Virus record (IMG/VR): IMGVR_UViG_3300045988_081432
Location: 1-64,000 of that record
Length of the DNA stretch: 64,000 nucleotides
Source of the DNA: a virus
Direction: 5' to 3' (one strand)
The first letter of the stretch is position 1, and each line of letters opens with the position of its first letter. The position numbers and the translations under genes were made by a program. The notes beneath the pieces are model-generated. The model had not been told where the DNA came from and made no database searches. It saw nothing but the letters and a program-made list of their open reading frames with translations. This document shows positions 46,497-58,203 of the stretch, one piece after another.

Positions 46497-47532
46497 TTTA
46501 AGTAGCCACAATACGAAGTAATTCGTAGGTGTTTATAACACTACAACATTCCTATATCGGTGAACCCTAAGTTTGTACAAATAAGGGAATACCGAGATAA
46601 TTTTATTATGAAGGATGGTGGAAAAGGAATGGATTTTTATTCCTTGTCACAAGATGAAGTTTCAGTTATTTTAGGTGGGTTGCTTGGCGATTCATGTTAT
46701 AAAAAACGAGATAACGTCATCGTATTTTCTCACTCAGCAAAACAAAAAGAATATTTGTCTTGGAAACATGATATATTATCAGATATCTCGTCTGATATTC
46801 GCACAAGAGTAGTAGGAAAATCTATTATTACAGATGAAGAATTGGTTAATGTGTCATTTTCTACAAAAACAAATAAAAAATATCACTCCGATTATAACTC
46901 TATAAGAACCCTAATATTTTCCAACGGTAAAAAAACAGTCAATAGAAAATGGCTTAATATGCTCACACCTTTATCATTGGCCGTTTGGTGGATGGACGAT
47001 GGGTGCTTGTCCGTTCATAAGAAAAAAGATGGCGCTATTTCAAGATTTGGTAAATTAAGTACAAATGGATTCTCATACGAAGAGCAAAAAATTATGAAGG
47101 ATTATTTCAAGACGGTTTGGGATATTGATGTAAAAATAACCCCAGAAAAGGGAAATTATTTCTTGAGATTTACAGTCCCGAACTTAAAAAAACTATTCTT
47201 AATTATATATCCATTTGTAATGCAAGTGCCAGACATGATTTATAAGATAAATATGAAATATAAACTAGAAAAACTGAGTGATGACGACGAGTATAAAGTA
47301 ATACAAACTATTATATACGATACTCTCGATAATAAAAAATCGTAACGACTAAACGAGGAATGCTCCTTATATCAAACACATCTCTTATTGTTGGGATGTG
47401 TTTTGTTGTATAAGGATGAAAATATAGTCTGAACTATAAGGAAACTTATAGAAGAGCGGTCAAGTGTAAAGACACTTTTAAGGAGAACCGTTCTCGCCTA
47501 TTTTAATAATAGGTCACAAAAGTAACAGATTG
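46497..47532 (+). mobile_element. group I intron 2 in the tape measure gene, carrying a homing endonuclease ORF (1036 nt)
   Basis: P1: exon UGUGGU (46491-46496) pairs with intron GCCACA (46505-46510), with a terminal U:G. The intron ends in G (47532). Splicing gives ...QLAYVV|AGVRQRNVFIAAMEDY. Confidence 0.65.
46560..47345 (+). CDS. LAGLIDADG homing endonuclease (intron-encoded); start uncertain
   Basis: Two LAGLIDADG motifs: VILGGLLGDSCY and LAVWWMDDGCL. Confidence 0.75.
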   Translation: MNPKFVQIREYRDNFIMKDGGKGMDFYSLSQDEVSVILGGLLGDSCYKKRDNVIVFSHSAKQKEYLSWKHDILSDISSDIRTRVVGKSIITDEELVNVSFSTKTNKKYHSDYNSIRTLIFSNGKKTVNRKWLNMLTPLSLAVWWMDDGCLSVHKKKDGAISRFGKLSTNGFSYEEQKIMKDYFKTVWDIDVKITPEKGNYFLRFTVPNLKKLFLIIYPFVMQVPDMIYKINMKYKLEKLSDDDEYKVIQTIIYDTLDNKKS

Positions 47533-50500
47533 GGCAGGCGTAAGACAGAGAAACGTATTTATTGCAGCTATGGAAGATTACAATAAAGTCTTGGAAGCAA
47601 CTAGTGTTGCAGAAAATGCAAACGGTGTTGCTGCTGAAAAAATGACGGTTTACAATGAATCTCTTGAAGCTGCACAAAATAGATTAACCGCAAGTGTTCA
47701 ACAATTTGCACAGGATTCTAACCTTGATAGAACCCTTGCATTAGCATACGACGGTTTGTCAAAAGTCGTAGAAATTCTAAATATTCTACTAAATAAAATT
47801 CCAGTTCTATCACCAATGATTAAAGCACTAGGGGCTGCTCTAGCAACAGCTTTCGTAGGTAATATGCTTAAAAATATATGGGAGACTTCCAATTTAATTG
47901 GGCAACTTCCAAGTCTTGCGGCAACTGCCACAAGTGCGATTGGGGCGCTAAATACAACATTATTTACAATGGGTTCTGTTGCAGTACCAATATGGGGTGT
48001 GGTAGCGGCCATTACCGCCATTGGAGCTGTTGCGAAAGTAGCATGGAACGCTTGGAAAGATGCTCAACCAGAGGCGCAAGTCAAAAAAGCAAACGAAGCC
48101 CTGCAAGAGAGCCAACAGAGTCTTGATGAGACAAATAATAAAATAACTGAAATTAACAAACAAATCTCAGAAATCAACTCTAAAGGTACTTTAACCTTAG
48201 CAGATGAGCAACAAAAAGAGAACCTTCAAGGGCAACTTGATGTTCTAAAAGAAATTCAGAAAACGCAAAATGATGTTAATGAGGCGAATAAAGCCGTATC
48301 AAAAGAAAAAACTCAGGAAGAGATTAAATCAAGATATGGTGATAATAAGTCTGTTGAAGAATATCAGTCTTCTTTTGTAGGTATTGCACCGAAACTTTAT
48401 GACACAGAATCAGCAAGCGTCAATCAACTCCTTGCAAATATTGCCCAGCTAAACAAAGAAAAACAAAATCTCGATAAAACAGATGAGAATTATGCGACTA
48501 GGTTACAACAACTTAATTCTCAGATGGACGCTCAAACACTTGCTTTACAAAATCAGAAATTAACAATTCTTCAAGATATGCAAACTTTACAAAATCTTGG
48601 GGATACAAGTTCTGATGTGTATAAGATACTTCAAGAGCAACTTGACACGGTTAACCTAGCGCTTGACCCGTCTAATTTTGAAACGATTAAAGTCCAAAAT
48701 TTAATTGACACTTCTGGTATTTCTGATAAGTTACAAGAAGCTGTTCAAGACGGTGGAGAAGCTGGGCAAAAAACAGCAAAAGAGTATGCAAATAAATTTG
48801 CACAACAAATTCTAAATTCTGATGATTCTATAAAAGCAGCTTGGGCGCAAGCTATGAATATTGATGTCAATGACTTAAACATTGACAATTTAACGCAAGA
48901 ACTCCTTACGAAGTTCCAGCAAATGTATGGGCAAGTTAATCAAGCAATATTTGAATTAACTTCCGAACAGGTTGCAGACTGGACTACCGAGGCAACAAAT
49001 GCTCTCGTTACTCAAGACGAGGCAATGAAGGATTACATTTCTACCGTTGCAAATGTCACAGAGAAACAAGAGATTCTAAATACGGCGTATAGCGAAATGA
49101 AAGAAAAGGGCGAACTTAGTGTCGCCACAGTTCAGAAGCTAATTAAGCAAGAACCGTCTCTTGTTAGTGCGCTTACTGTAGAAAACGGGCATATCAGAAT
49201 AAATATTGATTCTCTTCAAGATTTATCAAATGGTTATTTTGATACAGCTATTGAAACAAAAAAACAACAAATAACACAAACGCAGTCTGTGATTGATGAA
49301 ACAAAAAAAAGAATAGAAGCAATAAACCAAGAAATGATTGCTCTTGGTAAGCTTATCAAAAAAAGAATAGAAGCAGGAGAAAAGGTCTCTGCGACAGATT
49401 TAGACACATATCGTGGACAGCAAAAAACAAAATACTATCTTGAACAACAAGGAAAGCAAGCGCAAGAGACTCAGGACGATTTACAAGAACAATTAGATGC
49501 TTTAACAAAATTACAAGAAGCTGGACTAACTTATACACCTTCAAAAGGCAAGTCTTCTGGGAAATCTGCCGCTGACAAAGCTGCAAAAGACTTTGAGAAC
49601 GCAATCAAAGAAAAAATCAAAAACCTAAAGAGCATCGTAGAACTATATTCTGAACGAACTGATTGGGACGACCCCACTGTTATTCAGGAATTTACGAATG
49701 ATTACAACAACCTCTTTGACGAAGTAATAAACAATCCAAAAGCAAGGAAAATCTTAGCCGATTCTTTCAATTTGGATATTAGTGAAATGTCCGACGAAAA
49801 AGCAATTGAGGCTTTAACTGCTCTTTGGAAGAAACAAGCTGGAACTATAGATGAGGCAAGACAGAAACTTCAAGACAATTACTTAAAAGGCATTCAAGAT
49901 GCCGCTAAAGCCGAGAAAGAGCAGTTTGATGAAGCTAAAAAGCAGATTGAAGAACTAAATAAGATGACCACCAACATGATTAAGACTTATGTTGGTCTGC
50001 TTGAAAAGGCTGGTAATCTTGTTTTTAGTATTCTTGAAAAGGTCTCTGACAGATATGATAAACAGATAGATAATCTTGATAAAATCATGGATGGTCTTGA
50101 TGACCAGAAAGATGCTTTTGATGACAAGATTGATGCTCAAAAAGAATATCTACAGCTTCAAAAAGAAGAGATGGATAATGAGGACAAGCTTGCCGAAAAG
50201 ACAAAATCTATCGCTGATATTGATGCACGTCTAATTGAGTTACAATACGACGACTCTGCCGCTGCGCAAGCTGAACGTCTAAAACTTCTTGACCAGAGAG
50301 CAGAAGCAGAGAAAGACCTTAAAGACCTACAGGCTGAACAAGCCTACGATTCTCAGATAAACGCTCTAGACGCTCAGAAGAAGCAGTTCGACAAAGATAT
50401 TGAAGCTCAAAAGAAAGCCCTAGAAGAGCAGAAAAAGGCACTAGAAGAGTCTCAGACAAAATTTGAGAATACTCTGAACAAAATAAAATCTGGATTTGAT

Positions 50501-52021
50501 GGTTTTATCAAAGTTCTGAATAGTGATATATTCCAAAATCTCGCTGCTAACTTGTTAAATAGCATAGATGGCGACACTCTAAAACAAGCTCTTTATTCTT
50601 GGAATAGACTATTTGGTTCTGGTATTGATGCCGATGTTACAAATACATTACAGGCATACGGTACTGCTGGGAAATATGGGTGGACTCCCGGTAAAAATAT
50701 GCAAGATTTCTTGAATATGTTTACTCAAGGCTCTAACACCCAACAACAAATCCTTGACCAAGTAGAACAGGCCATTTCTTCTAATAAGGCTGGCAATCTT
50801 GATATTTCTGGATATAAAAATAACATAGATTTCTTGAACAAGTCTTGGGACTCTTTTAAGCAAAATGCTATTGATAGCGTTACTCAAGTTGGTGAGAGTT
50901 CTCAATCCATTGTTAAGAACCTCTGGGATTTCGGCAACAAAATGCTTAATCAAGAATCTGCTTCTGGCAGTGGTGTTGTACGAACTATCGCAAAGGGTAT
51001 TTCCACCACTATAAAAAGTGGTAAAAAGGGAATATCTACATTTCTGCAACAAGGCATTCAGGCTAACCAAGCTCTAGGCATTAGCGGGCAGGGTATACTA
51101 TCTCAAGTTGGTAACTTTGCACAAAATATCATGAAGCTTGTCGGAGGTTCTGGCGGTGGCATCTTAAAAACTACAATACAGTTCGGCAGTACACTATTAG
51201 GCAAAATTAGTGGAACCTCTTTGAGCTTAGCAAAGGGAATTACAACGGTTGGTGGAAATGGTATTGCTACTATCGGCAATTTAGGAGTACAAGTTCTTAA
51301 ATCTCTGTCTGGTGTGGCAACTAGCATTTTTGGAAGTAGCGCTACCGCAGGGATTACTAGCATGATACCAACACTAGGTTCTGCCGCAGGAGGTCTTGGT
51401 AGTGCCGCTGGGTTACTCGGTCTTGGGGCAAAAGGTGGCCTTATCGGATTAGCTGTGGCTGGTGGAGCTATTCTTTCAAGTGGTATCAAATCTAATCTTA
51501 AAAATCTTTGGGGGTCTAACTTACCAACATGGAAGAAAGTTACTGGAACCGCACTTAATTTCCTCACTCCGGCGGGCTGGTTCTCAGGTTTTAAAAACCT
51601 CCTTTTTGGTCGTCACCACTCTGGTGCTGATTACGTCAAAAAACAAAACCCCACATTGGATAAGATGCTTGGGTTAGGGAGTGACGAAACTGTTTCTATC
51701 CTAAAAGTCGGTGAAGCAGTTGTACCTACATGGGCAAATAACGCTAGTAGTTCAGCTTCTAACAGTAACTACACTGGCGCTGCAACTCAAGCTGTAAGAG
51801 CCGCCCAGCAAGCTTCCAGAATATCTTCTTCCGTTAACAATAGTAACAGCTCTGTGGTGAATACAATATCTATTCCTATTAATATTCAGGGCAACGCAGA
51901 TGAATCTACTGTTAAATTGTTGAGAGAAGAGTCGGATAAAATTGCTAAAATGGTTTTCAAACAAATAAATAAACAAACAAATATGAGTGGATACAGAAAT
52001 ATACGAGCCGCAACAATTTGA
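47533..52021 (+). CDS. tape measure protein, exon 3 of 3
   Basis: Hydrophobic segments, very long coiled coils and Gly-rich TM-like repeats near the C-terminus. The spliced product is about 2100 aa. Confidence 0.7.
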
Positions 52022-52080
52022 TAATATGCCGATACTATTAAATATTATTTAACAAGTCGGCAATGAAGAGAGGTGAGTTT

Positions 52081-53016
52081 ATGATTGGTGGTTATCAATT
52101 TATGTTCAACGGAAGGAGAAGCGAAGATTACCATGTTTCTATGGTCATGATAGATAATTCTTATACGAACAGGGTGTCAGGTGGAGACAAACAGGTTGTA
52201 ACAGCTTCCATCCGTAGAAATCCGCAAAAGCAGTATTTAGATACCGAATACTCAGATGTATTGCAATTTAACATAGAAATTATTTTCAACGAAGATAAAG
52301 CAGTAGATATTTACCGACTAACAGACTTAAAAAATTGGTTATCCTCTCCTGTCGGATACGAAGAGCTTCAAATTTGTGCAGAAAATTTTGATAGGTTTTA
52401 TTACAACTGCGTTATCCACCTCAAAGAAGACCTGATTTACGCTGACGGGTATCGAGGGGTGTCTGCCACCGTAGAATGCGATGCCCCGTATGCCTATGAA
52501 TTTGAAACCGTATTAAAATATAGTTTGAACCCAGATGTTTCTAAATCAGACACTTTTGTATTTAGTAATTACTCTGATGATTTTGAATTGATGAGTCCAA
52601 AACTACAATTTCACATGGCAGAAGATGGGAATTTTAGTATAAATGTAAAACACTACAGCGAAAATAAATATATGATAAATTATAAGAATAATATTATACT
52701 AAATAATGTTTCTTATAACAAATGTATTGTTTACTGTAGGATGAACCAGATTCCCGTAAGTGCTATCGAAAAAGCGTTAGACTATGATGTTACAACCAAT
52801 TTTTCTCATTTGAATAAAAACGATATTGTGTATTTAGATAATAAAAATTATATTATAATATTAAATGAAGACCCGTCATCTGATATTTTTTCTAAATTCA
52901 ATAAAAAGTTTTTTAAGCTACCACGAGGTATGAATACAATAACCGTATATGGTAAGGCTGATTATATGTATATGGCATACCAAAATGCCAAGCGGTTAGG
53001 AGGGAGTTACTATTAA
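52081..53016 (+). CDS. distal tail protein-like (positional call)
   Basis: ATG 52081 after GAGGTGA. First gene after the tape measure gene. Confidence 0.45.
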   Translation: MIGGYQFMFNGRRSEDYHVSMVMIDNSYTNRVSGGDKQVVTASIRRNPQKQYLDTEYSDVLQFNIEIIFNEDKAVDIYRLTDLKNWLSSPVGYEELQICAENFDRFYYNCVIHLKEDLIYADGYRGVSATVECDAPYAYEFETVLKYSLNPDVSKSDTFVFSNYSDDFELMSPKLQFHMAEDGNFSINVKHYSENKYMINYKNNIILNNVSYNKCIVYCRMNQIPVSAIEKALDYDVTTNFSHLNKNDIVYLDNKNYIIILNEDPSSDIFSKFNKKFFKLPRGMNTITVYGKADYMYMAYQNAKRLGGSYY

Positions 53017-56000
53017 ATTTGATTTTGATTTAAATAACAGATATAAGTATCCATATATTGAATTATGCAATCCAGATAAAACCGTAATCGGAATAGTTTC
53101 TGGAATTACCGATTTGGTAATCTCTCCAAAATGGGGGTCTTGCTCAGAGGTATCATTTACTGCATACGAAAAATATAATGACGTTGAAAATAATAGTTAT
53201 GGACTTCTATGCAAGAGTAGGCTCCTTCATATAGATGGCTTTGGATATTTCGTAATTAAAGATTATAGTGAGTCTTGTGAGAACAAGGTTCATAACAAAT
53301 CAATTACTGCATATTCTGCGGAGTACTTGTTGAACAATAAAAGCGTCAATCTTACGTTTGTCACAACTGCTGGCGACATTAACAATACAGATAGCACAAC
53401 AATTACAACAAGCAATTATTTCTTTTATAGAGAAGAACAGCCTGAAAAGTCTTTGCTTCATCAGCTAATTTCAGTGGCTCCGCAATGGACAATCGGTTAT
53501 GTAAGTGACTCTTTGAAAAATAAATCGCGGTCTTTTAGCGAAACAGATAACGGCCTATATGGGTTTCTTACAAACGATGTGGCTCAATCTTACGAAGCCT
53601 TATTTGTATTTGACAATGAAGAGTATACTATAAATGCATACGACCCATCAGAAGTAATTAAGCAAACCAATATCGTATTATCTTTTGATAACCTGTTAAA
53701 AAACGCGACCATTACCGAAATGTCGGATGATATTTATACTGTACTAAATGTAACCGGAGCAGAAGATTTAAGCATTCGGAAGGTTAACCCGAATGGTACA
53801 AAAAAAATATATTGTCTAGATTATTACACTGGTACTCTTGATAAAAACGCAGACAACTATTATGAAAATTATAATAGTTGGATTAAAGATAATGCCTTAA
53901 AGAAAAAAATTCTTGACTGGGAAAAGAGTTGCAAAGAGGCAATTCATGATACCAGTGAAGGTTCTTATGCCTATTGGACAGAACTGCATAAGAAATTTAA
54001 TGCCTCTTTAATAAATGAGCAAGCAAAATTAAAAGAAATGCAAACTTATTGTGACATTGCGAAACAGAATATGTCTGCTTATTCAGATTACAGTGATATT
54101 TATAGCGAGTATGTAACCATACAAAGAGTTACAATTCTAGGAAATGTAAGGACAAAAACTGTAACCTATCAGAAATGGGTAGACGTTTATTCCCATAGTA
54201 GCAAAAATTGGGAAATTGTTGATTACGGCAATGTTAGCGCTATGTGTATTCCAAATACTAATGTTACGTGGTATTCTTATTGGAAAAATTATGCAAAAGG
54301 GTTGGAGTACAATATCAAAGCCGAAGAAGAGTCTCATATCTTAAATGGCTCCCCAATTAATGTAACATTCCATTCATTTAACAAAACAGATTTTGAACTG
54401 GGCGAAAACGGCTCTTATCCGGTTAATAAAGAATATTCGCAAACCAGTAATTTTGACTATATATCTTCTCATCCTAAAGGTGATATATACAGTGCCGCCG
54501 TAAAAAATCATAGTATTACCCCAGAAAGCCCTGCAATAAAATATACGATATTGGCTCTAAAAGACGAGCTTAAATTAATTCAAAACGAACGTGATAAAAT
54601 TGTGTCTCAGTTTTCTTTTGAATCAAATTTTACCGAAGAAGAAAAAATTGCTATTGAGCCATATTTAATCGAAGGGACATTTAGCGACGAAACTTTTATA
54701 GTTACAGATAGCATGGAAGTCAAAGACTATTCCGATACATCAACAAAGGTACAGGTAATTGATGCAAATGGAAACATCTCCGTTAAAACTATTGGAGAGT
54801 TAAAAGACACAGATACTATTATGGATGACATTTATGTAGCCAATCAACTTGTTGATGCAGGATATAAAAAACTGGAAATCGTTAGCCAACCAAGTTTCTC
54901 TTTTTCTCTTGAAAGTGCGAACTTTTTATTTATAGAAAAATTCAAACCATTTATTGACCAACTTCTCTCCCTTGAAAAAGAAAAAGGAAGTTTGTTTGGA
55001 GCGATTATAAATGTAGAATTAGATAATGGTAATTGGGTTTATCCATATCTACAAGAAATGGAAATTCAATATGATGACCCCGATAATTTTACAATGAGTT
55101 TTGGTAACAGATTTAGGCTGTCCACAGAAACTTATACTTTTAGCGAATTACACAACGCAACTACAAATGCCGTGTCGAATGTTTCTTCGCTATTATCTTC
55201 TGTATCTCAACCTGTAACAAATGGTACAATTGATGCCATTTCTGCTTATACCAATACCAATCTTAATTTAACCAAGCAGACCATTGTTGCTACGGACGAG
55301 AATGACTTTACTATTGGCTCATACGGTATTATGGGTAAAAAGAAATCTACCGCTGAAAACAATGTAGATGGCTTCGACCCTGAACAACTATGGATAACAA
55401 ATAATAAGATTTGTTTTACTACAGACGGATGGGAAACTACAGAGTCGGTATTTGGCAAAATAACTAACGAGGACGGTAGTACAACCTATGGATTAATTGC
55501 CGATACTCTTATTGGAAATTTGATTATGGGTAAAAACCTAATTATTCAAAATAGTGGAGAGACTATGACCGTGGACGAGGATGGCCTTACTGTTAAAAAT
55601 GATAGCACTGGTGTCAGTATTGACCCAAATGCAGAAAGTGTATTTAATATCTATAAAAGAAAGGTCATAGAAAGCCCCGATGAAGAAGATGAAGATGTAC
55701 TAGAAGAAAGAAGCTCCGTTTTGACTGTGGATGAAAATGGAAACCTAACTATTTATGGTGGTGTTTTACAAGTTGGTGACGGTAAAAGTTTAGGTTACAT
55801 AATCGACGGAACTACTGGTACTATTAAATCTATCAAAACCGTAGAAAATTCTGACACTCCGTTATTTGAACTTACACCAGACGGATATCTATTTACTTCT
55901 GGCACGACTATTAACGGAGAAGAAACCGTAGACCCTCCCTCAGTTGTCACCCCGAGTGGTACAAACGGCATTGTGAATCGTCAAGATATTACAATGCCAA

Positions 56001-56335
56001 GCGGTCTGATGGATAGATTAAGAGTTATTGCAAGGGCCGAATATCATGGCCCATATAACTATATTCTTGACCAAGTTGGACAAACCGATAGTGAGGGTTG
56101 GAGAAAAATTTGGGGGTACTACTCATCTCGCAATCTAAATCAAATGCTTGTTGATTTCCAGAACCAAGGGAATCCACTAATTCAAAAAAATAGCAGAGAC
56201 TTAACATATTATAAAACGTGGGATGACACACAGTCTTACATCAATACACAATTTGGAATCTCATCGTCTGATAAATTTAAAAAACAAACTGTAACAATTA
56301 ATGGTACAACTTACACTATTTTGGTATCTGCTTAA
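53012..56335 (+). CDS. tail-associated / baseplate hub protein (Tal-like), probable ATT start
   Basis: The frame is open from 53000. AGGAGGG at 52998-53004 lies 7 nt upstream of ATT 53012. The extra 34 aa (IKFDFDLNNRYKYPYIELCNPDKTVIGIVSGITD) read like genuine N-terminal sequence. Confidence 0.5.
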   Translation: MKFDFDLNNRYKYPYIELCNPDKTVIGIVSGITDLVISPKWGSCSEVSFTAYEKYNDVENNSYGLLCKSRLLHIDGFGYFVIKDYSESCENKVHNKSITAYSAEYLLNNKSVNLTFVTTAGDINNTDSTTITTSNYFFYREEQPEKSLLHQLISVAPQWTIGYVSDSLKNKSRSFSETDNGLYGFLTNDVAQSYEALFVFDNEEYTINAYDPSEVIKQTNIVLSFDNLLKNATITEMSDDIYTVLNVTGAEDLSIRKVNPNGTKKIYCLDYYTGTLDKNADNYYENYNSWIKDNALKKKILDWEKSCKEAIHDTSEGSYAYWTELHKKFNASLINEQAKLKEMQTYCDIAKQNMSAYSDYSDIYSEYVTIQRVTILGNVRTKTVTYQKWVDVYSHSSKNWEIVDYGNVSAMCIPNTNVTWYSYWKNYAKGLEYNIKAEEESHILNGSPINVTFHSFNKTDFELGENGSYPVNKEYSQTSNFDYISSHPKGDIYSAAVKNHSITPESPAIKYTILALKDELKLIQNERDKIVSQFSFESNFTEEEKIAIEPYLIEGTFSDETFIVTDSMEVKDYSDTSTKVQVIDANGNISVKTIGELKDTDTIMDDIYVANQLVDAGYKKLEIVSQPSFSFSLESANFLFIEKFKPFIDQLLSLEKEKGSLFGAIINVELDNGNWVYPYLQEMEIQYDDPDNFTMSFGNRFRLSTETYTFSELHNATTNAVSNVSSLLSSVSQPVTNGTIDAISAYTNTNLNLTKQTIVATDENDFTIGSYGIMGKKKSTAENNVDGFDPEQLWITNNKICFTTDGWETTESVFGKITNEDGSTTYGLIADTLIGNLIMGKNLIIQNSGETMTVDEDGLTVKNDSTGVSIDPNAESVFNIYKRKVIESPDEEDEDVLEERSSVLTVDENGNLTIYGGVLQVGDGKSLGYIIDGTTGTIKSIKTVENSDTPLFELTPDGYLFTSGTTINGEETVDPPSVVTPSGTNGIVNRQDITMPSGLMDRLRVIARAEYHGPYNYILDQVGQTDSEGWRKIWGYYSSRNLNQMLVDFQNQGNPLIQKNSRDLTYYKTWDDTQSYINTQFGISSSDKFKKQTVTINGTTYTILVSA

Positions 56336-56355
56336 TAAGGACGAAAGGAGCCTTT

Positions 56356-56595
56356 ATGAATAAAGAAAATCTGATTACTCTGGTTGGGCAAATTTACAGG
56401 GGACTTGACACAATTAGCGTCTCAGGGTATAACAACATAAAAGTGCTTTCTAACTGTATGGAGGCGCTACAGCAGTTGGCAAATGACATTAATGATGCTG
56501 AACCAAATTTGCAACGCACTGCAAATAAGGATAATATCAAACCAGTAAATCCCGGAAAGCCGAGACCAGAGCCATCAAAGAAAGATGGTGATTAA
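56356..56595 (+). CDS. hypothetical protein
   Basis: 79-aa ORF with RBS AAAGGAG. Confidence 0.5.
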   Translation: MNKENLITLVGQIYRGLDTISVSGYNNIKVLSNCMEALQQLANDINDAEPNLQRTANKDNIKPVNPGKPRPEPSKKDGD

Positions 56596-57031
56596 ATTGA
56601 AAAGAATCGAGTCTGAACAATTTAGTGACTTCTATCAACAAATTGACGATATTGAACTTTTTCAGGGAGACACAGTAACTCTTCCGTTTCAATTTACAGA
56701 CTATAATGAGGACGTAATTCCACTGATTGTTTCTGACAAGAGCAAGACATCTGTTGAGTGGAGGTTATGTCCTTACGGACAGCCGCAAAACCCAATCCTT
56801 CAACTGAAATCTACACAAGAAAATAATAAGACTGACGATGTGTATATAGATACGGACACTAATGTCGCCTATGTAAATCTCGATGCAGCAAGGACTAGAA
56901 ATTTAATTTACGGGAAATACACGCAACAGATTATTCTTCATTATGATTTTCAGGATGGAACTGAGCCAAAAGACTTTTTGAGGGCGCAGGGATTTATGAA
57001 CTTTAAAAATAAAATTCAAGATTTTTTCTAA
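56585..57031 (+). CDS. hypothetical tail protein
   Basis: 148-aa ORF overlapping the upstream gene by 11 nt. Confidence 0.5.
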   Translation: MVIKLKRIESEQFSDFYQQIDDIELFQGDTVTLPFQFTDYNEDVIPLIVSDKSKTSVEWRLCPYGQPQNPILQLKSTQENNKTDDVYIDTDTNVAYVNLDAARTRNLIYGKYTQQIILHYDFQDGTEPKDFLRAQGFMNFKNKIQDFF

Positions 57032-57046
57032 GGAGGAGCTTACAGT

Positions 57047-57475
57047 ATGGTTTCTAAAGATTTTGCAAATAAAATCAATGCGGAGATTTTTGGTGGTCAA
57101 AATTATACCCCACCTACCACATGGTATTTTGGGCTTTCTACTCAAGCCATTACCGATGGTATTATCCCTGTTGGAGCAGAACCTACAAATCCGGGATATT
57201 CTCGTACACAAATTGCTAATAACCAAACAAACTTTACTGCACCAACATATAACGCCACCTATACGCTAAGTTTCGTTAGTAATAAAACACCGATTACTAT
57301 GAGCGAAATTACTGGTGGTTCTCAGATTACGGTTCCCTATTTCTTTCTTTCCAGCTCTAATACCGGGAATACTTGTGAGATTTGGGGTAGTTTTGCTAAC
57401 GCAAGAATTTTGACTGTAGACTCACAGCTTATTATCAAAGCTGGTGGCGCAATTTTCTCTCTTGAGAATATTTGA
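57047..57475 (+). CDS. hypothetical tail protein
   Basis: 142-aa ORF with RBS AAGGAGG. Confidence 0.5.
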   Translation: MVSKDFANKINAEIFGGQNYTPPTTWYFGLSTQAITDGIIPVGAEPTNPGYSRTQIANNQTNFTAPTYNATYTLSFVSNKTPITMSEITGGSQITVPYFFLSSSNTGNTCEIWGSFANARILTVDSQLIIKAGGAIFSLENI

Positions 57476-57497
57476 CCTATAAATGAGGTGAAACTAA

Positions 57498-58154
57498 ATG
57501 TTACCACCTATTAAAGTAAAAATTTGTGATAGAAATAAAAGTATGCAACAAGCGTTTGGTGATAAAAGCGCAAAAGTAGAAACACAAGACGGAAAGATTC
57601 TGATTAAAAAAAGTGAAGATATTTTACCTACGGATAGAATTATCACTTATATCCCAAACGACTATATTAAGCCAATCAAAATAAGGATTATAGACCTAAA
57701 TATTATTTTCGCATTTCTATATGGCGAACTTGCCAAACTGGCGTTCTTTTGTAAAATAAATATAGACGGAGTTCTAATTCTGAGATTTGGCAAATTTAAT
57801 ATTAAACTAAACTTTTTCCACGAAATAGAAAAGACATTGAGTACATCATTCGGGAAGTTTTATGAAAAAATATTGGTCTCTGCTATCTCTGAAAAAGCCA
57901 CCAGTACGTTTTGGATGGCGACAAAAGCCACCTCGTATATACTTACACAAAGCATTAAATTAACTACTGTAATAAATGAGAAGTATGTTCTCCCACAGCC
58001 TATAAAAATTAATATCCCACCGATAGTTAATGCGATTGTCTATACGTTATACTACAAAAAAATAGGGGATATTACTACTGGTACGCTTGAAGAACAATTT
58101 CTCAATAATGAAATGACTATTGGAAATATATTCACTAGAAAAGAAGAGACCTAA
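57498..58154 (+). CDS. hypothetical tail protein
   Basis: 218-aa ORF with RBS GAGGTGA. Confidence 0.5.
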   Translation: MLPPIKVKICDRNKSMQQAFGDKSAKVETQDGKILIKKSEDILPTDRIITYIPNDYIKPIKIRIIDLNIIFAFLYGELAKLAFFCKINIDGVLILRFGKFNIKLNFFHEIEKTLSTSFGKFYEKILVSAISEKATSTFWMATKATSYILTQSIKLTTVINEKYVLPQPIKINIPPIVNAIVYTLYYKKIGDITTGTLEEQFLNNEMTIGNIFTRKEET

Positions 58155-58203
58155 TACGCTTGTTACTATTTCGTTGTTAAATTATTTATAAGGAGTGGAT
58201 TTA

